Source of the DNA: Azolla caroliniana
Taxonomy: Eukaryota > Plantae > Polypodiophyta
DNA: 18,419 nt
Assembly (NCBI GenBank): GCA_043228905.1
Contig: JBHGNT010000650.1
Coordinates: 1-18,419 of the forward strand
Direction: 5' to 3'
The position numbers were made by a program, and so were the translations under genes. Every line of letters begins with the position of its first letter. Positions within the stretch are counted from its first letter, which is position 1. Of this stretch, positions 1 to 7,713 are shown piece by piece. The notes beneath the pieces were generated by a model. That model was not told the origin of the DNA, ran no database searches, and saw nothing but the letters and a program-made list of their open reading frames with translations.

Positions 1-534
1 CCGGGTCTCATCCGTGAAGGCATGTCCGATATCCACGGACTTCCGAAGTGTCGGATCTCCCGAGACTTCTTTCCTCTTTTGTTCGCTATCGGCGGGTAGT
101 GGTCCCGCGGCCGGTTTCACCTTCTTCTCCACGGTCTTGTATTTCGTACTTACCATTGCTTCTTCTTTGCGGAGCGTATCCGGCTCCATTTTCGCAATGA
201 TCTCGTACATCTCGACCGATTCCACCGGGACTACCCGGTTCTCTTGGCTTTTATCTTCCGCAAGCTCTTCAAGTCGTTGTAGCGTGCTCCTATAGAACAC
301 TTCTTCGACTATCCCCACGATTTCTTCATCTTCTTTTATTATTGATGCCGACCGCAACTTATCCTCCACTTGTCGGTATCCTTTCTTCAATCCTCCGGTT
401 ACGGTTGTGTACGTAGATGCCCCATCCGGACCGATTCGTACATGTTTTGCTCCGAGAGTTTTCTTCCTGTGTGGGGTATCAGGGCTTCTCGGACTATCAC
501 TTCCCCACTCCGCAACAGTCCGCTTTAAAAATCC
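1..534 (-). CDS. pol: Start of pol ORF in the -1 frame, open to the window edge (178 codons, partial)
   Basis: Manual translation from 534 to 1 has no stop: GFLKRTVAEWGS...MVSTKYKTVEKKVKPAAGPLPADSEQKRKEVSGDPTLRKSVDIGHAFTDETR. Missing from the ORF track because it has no stop in the window. Confidence 0.8.
471..534 (-). promoter_or_regulatory. Putative -1 programmed ribosomal frameshift signal
   Basis: G_GAT_TTT (534-528) directly before the gag-pro TAA, 5-nt spacer, stem CGGACUGUUGC (522-512)/GUGAUAGUCCG (500-490), loop GUGGGG (508-503) complementary to CCCCAC (476-471). Confidence 0.72.
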
Positions 535-2549
535 ATTCTCACTTGGGACAAGAGTTCCCTCTTGTTCCTTTCGTGATTTGCCGGCACCGTTAGGAATTGG
601 ACGGATTTCCCACCGTTTTGGCTCCGAATTCGCGCAAAAGCCGCACCACTATCGAGCACCTTCGTGATAAAGGGTTGGCCGAGGATGACGGAATGTGAAA
701 CCTCATCTTGCACGAAGAAATTTTGGTCGATCTCGACATCCCCGATCTTCACCGTCACATCCGGACAAGCCGCAAATAGATCTTCCGTAACTTTGGTGGC
801 CGCCCGAATCTTCCATCCATGGTTGGTGTTAATAGGCCACTTCCCCTTCCGGTAGAACTCCTTGGACATCAAGTTAATCTCCGATCCGTGATCAATCAAT
901 GCTAGCACAGGTTCTTTGATGTTGCCGATTCGGACCGGAGTCTCCGTAGTCGCGCGTGCCCAATGTGGCCTTGTATAGTGGGAGTTCGGAATTTCGTCCT
1001 CCACTTCGGTGTCGTTCATTAAAACGGTGTTCGCATTCACCCTTGGAGCATTTTCCTCCGTACTTTGTCTTTTTCGCTTCACGAGATCCACGAGAAGATC
1101 GTGGAACTCCTTCTTTGCTATTCTGAGTAGCTCCCGAAGCGAGAAATCTACCCGGCTATCCAAGATTCTTTCCTCGAACACTCTTTTCAAGTCGGTTTGT
1201 TGTTCTATGTTCGAGGCGAGCTTGAATGCCGGAGTCGCCTTTTCTTTTCCCTTACCTCCGGAGTTCCAACTTTCCGGTATCTTCGATGGCCCGACCGCAT
1301 CCTCCGTGCGTCATCATTTCTCGTCCACATACACCTTATGCAATTGACACAGGGCGTATACGCTATTCTTGTCGACAGGGCACTCCCATCCCATAGCTTC
1401 CCGGATGCCTTCTGCGGTGCTTCGGATCTCGTTGGAGTCGGTTTTCTCGGTGTTTTCTAGAACTTCCGGCCAAAAAGACGTCTTTGCTCTCGATGACTCC
1501 CCGACACATATTCCCGCGGTTGTCGCATAGTTGCTTCTCGCCGCCAATTCCTCCTCGAGCTACTTCTTCATGCCGCCTTTCCGGAAGTTCGGTCGGAGTG
1601 GCTTCCGAGAGTCCATCGAATGAATCCGGTTTCCCTCGTAGTAGATGAGATCCCGCCGTAGCCCCTCCTTATGCTCGTCACAATCCCTCCGATCGTGTTC
1701 GGCGCTATCGCACCAGATGCACCGTCGGTCCGTATACTTGGAGCTTGTGGGGCGGTCATCCGACTTCTTCACCATCGCGATCTTCAGATTCTCCATCTCC
1801 TTCAATAGTTGCTCCACCGTAGATGCATCAATCCCCTTCTCGGTTGTAGTCTCTCGAGCACTCAGTTGATGGTCTTCCAATCCGGTTCTCGGTTTCGGAA
1901 TCGGTTCCGAAACCCTCTTTTCCTCGTCGGCAAGCCATTGCCCCCTCTTCGTGTATCGCGCGACGATATCCCGCACGCTTTCCCATGTTTTGGTGAGGCT
2001 GCTCTCCGTGGTCGTGTCCTCCAAGAGCACTCCGACATCTTTCCGGTCCTGGACGTCCACGGCTTGCAAGAACATGATCACCTTGTCCGGTACGAGGATA
2101 GCTTGATCTCTCGCGGACAACCTCCCGAACCGGCTTTCAAATGCCGAAAACACATCAACGACCTTCAATCCCTTGTCCGGCGTCTCCACCCAATCTTCGA
2201 ATCCCCTTCGCGTCGCCTTGGAGGAATCCTCGATGGCGAACGTCCTCTTTAGCTCTACTTCAAACGCCTCCCATGTCGGATTTTGTTGTCGTAGTCCATG
2301 GATGCTTGCTTGAAGCCCGTCGGTCGCCACCCGGTTGAAGGACGTCACTTGCAGTCCTTCCGATATTCCGCACCGTAGCATCTCCACCTTGTAGTCCCGA
2401 AGATACCGCGACACGTCTTTCCCGTTGAATTGCCCGTTTCGTTGCACGAGCCGCTCCACTGATGCCGCTATCTCCGACATCGCGCGTTGTTCTTGTAGCA
2501 TGCACTCGAACATCATCATCATGTTGCTAACCTCCGGTTGATTTTCCAT
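525..2549 (-). pseudogene. gag: gag-protease ORF, one reading frame broken by three nonsense codons
   Basis: ORF-track pieces 1560..2549, 1314..1547 and 525..1190 share one frame, separated by TAG (1560-1562) and TGA TGA (1311-1316; EK**RTE reads as EKRRRTE if CGA>TGA). Contains the zinc knuckle and DHG protease site. Confidence 0.88.
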
Positions 2550-2566
2550 CTCCTTGCCACCCAGTG

Positions 2567-2584
2567 TTCACGTCGGGTTCACCA
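2567..2584 (-). promoter_or_regulatory. Primer binding site complementary to the tRNA-Trp 3' end
   Basis: Plus strand reads TTCACGTCGGGTTCACCA, matching from memory the 3'-terminal 18 nt of plant cytosolic tRNA-Trp including CCA; lies between the LTR end and the gag ATG (2549). Confidence 0.85.
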
Positions 2585-2586
2585 AC

Positions 2587-3113
2587 TGTGTCGTGCCCTT
2601 CGGCTCCGGATCGTTGCGTGAGTCGGGTGGGAACCGCCGAGGTTTTTGACTAGGAGGAAGAGGAATACAACTTAAGGCTAGTTATGAATAGTGGAAAGAG
2701 AAGTAAGATAGCAATCTCGTGAATCCCACGAGTTTAGTGTAATTAAAACAATATTTAGATTATAAGAGCAATTAGATGGCAAAATTCGTGAATCCCACGA
2801 ATATATTAGATTGATCAAACCTTGTATATTAATCAACAACCTTATACATATTTCTCTCCTCCTTATATAAAGATGGAAGAGGCTAAGCATGGCTTCATGC
2901 TTTTTCACCTAAAGTGTCCATGCACACTAAATGTGCATGTGATGCTTTGTCATTTCCTAAATATAGGGCTCATGCACGCTAGATGTGCATGAGTCACTTT
3001 TAATGGCACGTGTAAATAAAATATTCACACTCTAAAGAATAAACGATTTTTACCTTTTAATAAAGGTATGTGTAAATAAAGGTCTTATACGTATTAAATC
3101 TATATTTATAACA
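2587..3113 (-). repeat. 5' LTR of the gypsy element (about 527 bp)
   Basis: Minus strand starts TGTTATAAATATA at 3113 and ends ...CACGACACA at 2587 (2589 also possible), 2 nt before the PBS; TATA-like CTTATATAAG near 2862-2871. The partner LTR is outside the window, so ends are not confirmed by pairing. Confidence 0.75.
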
Positions 3114-3274
3114 CTAAAGATAAGTTATTACAATGGTAAAGTTGGGGTTTATCTACGTGGAGGTGCATGGTTTGAATCCTGCCCTATGCACGTGATAAAT
3201 TCTTTTGATATATTATTTATTTATTTATATGTATCTAAAATCGGATATATTATTTTATGGTTTTCACGTAGTGT

Positions 3275-5459
3275 GTGGAATACACTACGACAACGCGCAA
3301 AGAGAAGGTGAAGAAGAAGATGTCGGAATATGATACCGGCAGTGAAGGGTTGGATCGGAACGAATCTAATCCTTCAAAGGAAGAAGGAAGATCTTTAGAA
3401 AGGAAGTCTGAACAGGCCAAGAAGGGCCTCAAACTAGGTAACAAAAAGTTACGCCGGTTAACCCGTCAAAAGAAAACCGTCATGAGGTTTGGATACAATG
3501 AGTACATGGTGCATCACTATGCGTACATGACTAAGGTGGCGGAAGTGCGTGAGCTGGAGAGCTACGCATAAGTAGCAAAAGGCACAAATTGGTGTGCTGC
3601 TATGGAGGAAGGAATGCGGGCACTTGATGCCAACAACACATGGGACCTGGTTGACTCTCCCCGATAGTGTAAACTGATCGGTTACAAGTGGGTGTACAAG
3701 GTAAAGTACAACGCTGACGGTTCGGTCAACTGGTACAAAGCCCGGTTAGTGGCGAAGGGATACACACAGACCGACGGAATCGACTACGACGAGACATTCG
3801 CTCCGGTAGCGAAGATGACGATGGTTTGTGTGGTACTGGCTGTTATTGTGGCAAGGGGATGGCATCTTCATCAAATGGATGTGAAGAATGCATTCCTTCA
3901 AGGTGATCTTGAAGAATGGGTCTATCTGACCCAACCCCCTGGTTTCCAATCGAAGGTGAACAAGTCGGGAGTGGGCCGACTCAAGAAGTCGCTTTACGGT
4001 CTGAAACAAGCCCCCCGAGCTTGGAATGCGAAGATCACGCACCGGTTGCGTAAGATGGGGTTTGTGGCCTGTAAGTCCAACTCTTCATTGTTCATCTGGA
4101 ATGGTTCGGTTTGCATTTTGCTTTATGTAGATGATTTAGTCATCACTGGACCCGGCCTCAATGAAATTGGCCGAGTGGAGTCCCAGCTGTCGGACGCATT
4201 TGAAATGAGGGACCTAGGGGACCTTCATTATTTTCTTGGGATCGAGGTGATCTGGACCCCCGACGACATATTGCTCTCACAACACCATTATGTGTTGAAT
4301 ATGTTGTACAAGTTCGGCATGACGGAATGCTGACCGATCTCCACACCCCTAGACCGGAACCTGAAGCTACATCCCGACTCTGGACAGGGCAAATTGTTGG
4401 AAGCCTCATATACTTCACAATCACTCGACCCAACATCAGTTACCCGGTCGGAGTGATCAAACAGTTCATGCAGAAGCCAACCGTCGAGCACATTCAGTGC
4501 GCACATCGGATACTCCGATATGTTAGTGACACGAAGTACCGGGAATTGTTATACTGACACGATATAGCTGGGAAGCTAGTCAAATATACCGATGCCGACT
4601 GGGCTGGTGATGCATTGTATTTCCAATCCACATCCGGTTATATGTTTTCTCTTGGTAGTATGGTTGTTGCGTGGAGCAGCAAAAAGCAGCCGACAATGTC
4701 TTTGTCGAGCACTGAGGCTGAATACCGGGGCACTACCATTGCCCCCTATGAAGCCATATGGCTTCGCCAACTGCTGCGAGACCTCCGGATCGAAGTGCCG
4801 ACCCTGATCTTGATCTATTGCGACAATGTAAGCAGCATACAACTCGCCAAAAACCATGTATTCCATGCTCGAACAAAGCACATAGAAGTGCATTATCACT
4901 TTGTTCGTGAGCGGGTCCTGAGCGGTGAAGTTGAACTTCGGTATTTTCACACGGATTGGCAGGTTGCCGACATCTTCACCAAGCCGCTTGGATCGGACAC
5001 GTTGCAACATTTTTCGGAGATTCCTGGCATTCAACATCTCGATGTGCCGCACTTGAGGGGGAGAGTAGGACCGTGAACGGATGGCACCGGACAAGGAGTC
5101 GGAGAGGAAGAAAGAACCAGGGGGGGAGGTAAGAAGAAAAATGAAGCCAAGCTAACCAAAGGAGTGGGCACATCCGAACAAGTCGGAGAAAGCGGCAAAG
5201 GCGGTAGAGTCAAGAAGGACAGAACCGATCGGAAGCAGGCCAAGACCCGAACGTGGTCCGATGTGGTGAAGGTCCTAAAAATAGAAGACGAGTTGGAGAC
5301 TATCAACTCGGACAAGAGCCGAAACGAGTAGGAGGCAACCGATTCCGACAAGAGCTGGAACGAAATGGAGGAAGCCGATTCGGTTCAAGATTCGGAGGAG
5401 TCGGATGAACTAAAGGCCAAGCGGACGAGAAGGTAGCGGAAGTTGACACTGATATAGAG
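3275..5459 (+). mobile_element. Decayed Ty1/copia pol fragment (linker, reverse transcriptase, RNase H, charged tail)
   Basis: KARLVAKGYTQTDGIDYDETFAPV, QMDVKNAFLQG, LKKSLYGLKQAPRAW, LYVDD, DADWAG (4591-4608), [33 protein letters not shown]. Several stops and a deletion/frameshift near 4390. No gag, integrase core or LTR seen. Confidence 0.95.
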
Positions 5460-5584
5460 GAACCGATGGGTAGACAAGTGTCGAAGTCATAGCAGTAAGG
5501 GAACTGAGAGTTTTAGACCGTGAGGTCGATACAAGGAGTGCGCGCAGTATACAATCGGTGGATGGGTGTATGTGAGGGAGAATG

Positions 5585-5843
5585 AGAGTGAAAGAGAGAG
5601 AGAGAGAGAGAGAAAGATGAGAAAGATATATATGTACAAAGTTTAGAGAAAGAGAGAGATACACTAAAAACTAATTCATATTAACAAACTTAAAAGGTAA
5701 TACAAAGGAATGGTCGATGTGGCAAACTAGTTTCGCTCTTAAAGAGCTCATCAGTGCACATGACCATGTAGAATTTGAGGGGTTTTTATAGGGAAGATAA
5801 GGGGGGGGGGGAGTGTGTGTGTGTGTGTATGTGTGTGTGAGTG
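5585..5843. repeat. Microsatellite cluster: (GA)n about 5594-5612 and 5645-5659, G run 5800-5811, (GT)n about 5813-5843
   Basis: Directly visible simple repeats. Confidence 0.9.
5711..5766 (-). ncRNA. Minimal type I hammerhead ribozyme motif
   Basis: Minus strand: UGGUCAUGUGCA-CUGAUGA-GCUCU(UUA)AGAGC-GAAAC-UA-GUU/UGCCACAUCGACCA. Both core boxes are intact, stem II has 5 bp, stem III is the palindrome ACUAGU, stem I has 12 bp with two 1-nt bulges; predicted cut between 5725 and 5724. Confidence 0.85.
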
Positions 5844-5856
5844 TTCAAATTTGATG

Positions 5857-6063
5857 ATGTGGGAGGTATGGGGGTTGATATATTTGGTGTGGGATAAAAG
5901 ATTTTATGGGCTTATTTGAAAACAAGTAGGGGAGTGTGAGAGAGAAAGAGAGAGGAAGGGTAGAAGAGAAGTGTGTGATGTGGGAGTTAGGGAGGGTGAA
6001 GTATATTGGTGTGTATGAAAAGATTGTATGGAGATCTTTGAAAACAGGAGGGGGGTATGAGAG
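5857..6063. repeat. Diverged direct repeat, two copies of about 86 bp about 120 bp apart
   Basis: GATGTGGGAG...TTGGTGTG...AAAAGATT...TTTGAAAACA...TGAGAG at about 5857-5942 and 5977-6063. Confidence 0.7.
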
Positions 6064-6210
6064 GGCAAGGGTAGGAAGCTAAATTGAGAACAATTGGAGG
6101 GTAGATTGGAAATTAAAGTGGAGGAGGAAAGGGTAGAGTGAGATTAAGAAGAATGAAAGAGGGAGGGATAGAAGAATATTACAAAAAGAGGGAGGGGTAG
6201 AGCGATAATA

Positions 6211-6456
6211 GAACACCAACGGATGTGAGCAACCATGTGCGGTCCTCACAAGAGACACAAACACCAACGGAAATGAGCGACCATGTGCGGTCCTCACCGG
6301 GAATTGGAACACCAATGAGCATGAGAGACCACATACAGTCCTCACCAAAGACGCGAACACCAACGGGCATGAGCGATCATGTGTGGTCCTCACCGGAGAC
6401 ACGAACACCAACAGATGTGAGCGACCTTGCACGGTCCTCACCGGGAACTGGAACAA
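6211..6456. repeat. 48-bp minisatellite, 5 copies
   Basis: Units start at 6211, 6259, 6307, 6355, 6403; consensus about GAACACCAACGGNNATGAGCGACCATGTGCGGTCCTCACCGGRRACNY; translates as a 16-aa repeat TPTxMSDHVRSSPETR (ORF 6225..6476). Confidence 0.95.
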
Positions 6457-6559
6457 TTGACGACAATGAAGGCTAGGCAAAGTAGTGTTGATGACGACAA
6501 CAAGAGAGTTGAAGATGATGATGTCGAAGACGAGGCAATGAAGGTAATGATGTTGATGA

Positions 6560-7000
6560 AGCGACTTTGGAAGAAATGAGTTTGACTATGGCAATGATGG
6601 AAACAGAGAAAGAGATAAAGAGGATAAGAAACATAGAGATCGAGGTGTTGAGGTTCTGAAGAAACAAAAATACACAGATATAGAGGATGAGAGAAAACAC
6701 AAAGACAAGGATGAAGGTGATAGGAAAGACAGTGAAAGGGACGGAGATAATAAGAAACACATTGATAGAGATAGAAACCATAGGAAACACACAGAGAAGG
6801 ATGACAATGACAAAAAATGCAAAGATAGGGATGTGGAAGATGATAAGAAGTGCAAAGATAGAGATGATGATGAGAATAAACTAAGAGATAGAGATGGTGA
6901 GGAAGATAGAAAACGAAGGGATGTTGATGATGGTAACTCTAGAACCAATGACGGTGACGATGGTAACTCTAGAAGCAAGGGCAATGACGAAGATGGGTAA
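6560..7000 (+). repeat. Degenerate about 30-bp repeat forming a 146-codon stop-free D/K/R/E-rich frame
   Basis: Frame 6560-6997 reads ...DDNDKKCKDRDVEDDKKCKDRDDDENKLRDRDGEEDRKRRDVDDGNSRTNDGDDGNSRSKGNDEDG*; no in-frame ATG. Confidence 0.65.
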
Positions 7001-7356
7001 TGCTTCTAGTAGGGAGGGATTCAAACTATCAAGGACACACCAACGCTAGACTATGACAAAGCACAGATGACAAGGCTACGACTGATAAGGTTACGAATGT
7101 GGAACTCGACGTGATGATGCTAGAAACTCGAGAAGTTGGGAGCAATGAGATGAGGAACTTAAGACTCTAGGAACAATACAAGAGCATAAAGACAAAGATG
7201 TAAATCAAGGAGAGAAGATGGGCTAAACAAGAATACTAGATTGATGTGTCAATGACTGGTGTTGAATCCCTACAAAGGGACCAAGGAGGTTACAAGTATT
7301 TATACTTTGGGTCGAAGTACATGCATTATAATATTTTGGAGAATATTCTAGAACCC

Positions 7357-7680
7357 TCTAGAACCTTCTAGTTCTAAAACTTTCTAAAAGCTCCTAGAAC
7401 TTGAAATAGATAATCTACTAATAATCTACTAAGATATACATAACATGACCATATATTTGGATGTGTTGGTTAGAACACAATACTTGCCTATATATGTCAA
7501 GAGGTCAAGAGTTCTAGAACCTTATAGTTCTAAAACTTTCTAAACACTCCTAGAACTTGAAATAGATAATCTACTAATAATCTACTAAGGTATATATAAC
7601 ATGACCATATATTTGGATGTATTGGTTAGAACACAATACTTGACAATACTTGACTATATATGTCAAGAGGTCAAGAGTTC
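7357..7680. repeat. Tandem duplication, 156-bp period, 2 copies
   Basis: GAACCTT(C/A)TAGTTCTAAAACTTTCTAAA at 7361 and 7517; second copy has an extra 10-nt internal duplication (ACAATACTTG). Confidence 0.92.
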
Positions 7681-7713
7681 AAATCTTGACATGAATGGAG
7701 AGAGTTAATGTAG

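Larger units (their letters stand above)
1..3113 (-). mobile_element. Ty3/gypsy-type LTR retrotransposon, 5' half (LTR, PBS, gag, protease, start of pol); continues past the left window edge
   Basis: Order on the minus strand is LTR (TG...CA), tRNA PBS, gag with CCHC knuckle (CIWCDSAEHDRRDC), aspartic protease (ALIDHGSEINLM...VILGQPF), then a second frame with TKYKTVEKKVKP, which I recognise as a pre-RT motif of gypsy-type pol. Confidence 0.9.

Noticed and set aside
1560-1562. Programmed stop readthrough after gag
   Set aside because: Two further in-frame TGA codons at 1311-1316 and general decay make simple nonsense mutation more likely; no CARYYA context.
14-2338. Plus-strand ORFs over the gypsy element
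   Set aside because: Antisense to gag-pro-pol with no recognisable motifs.
3130-3192. tRNA gene (ATGGTAAAG...GGTTTGAATCC)
   Set aside because: Only weak A/B-box resemblance and no cloverleaf; possibly SINE debris but unsupported.
6211-6456. CRISPR-like array
   Set aside because: Whole 48-bp units are homologous end to end; no unique spacers, no cas genes, eukaryotic context.
6079-6984. Minus-strand hydrophobic or Ser/Leu-rich ORFs (6079..6480, 6473..6790, 6586..6984) as membrane proteins
   Set aside because: Antisense shadows of purine-rich tandem repeats.
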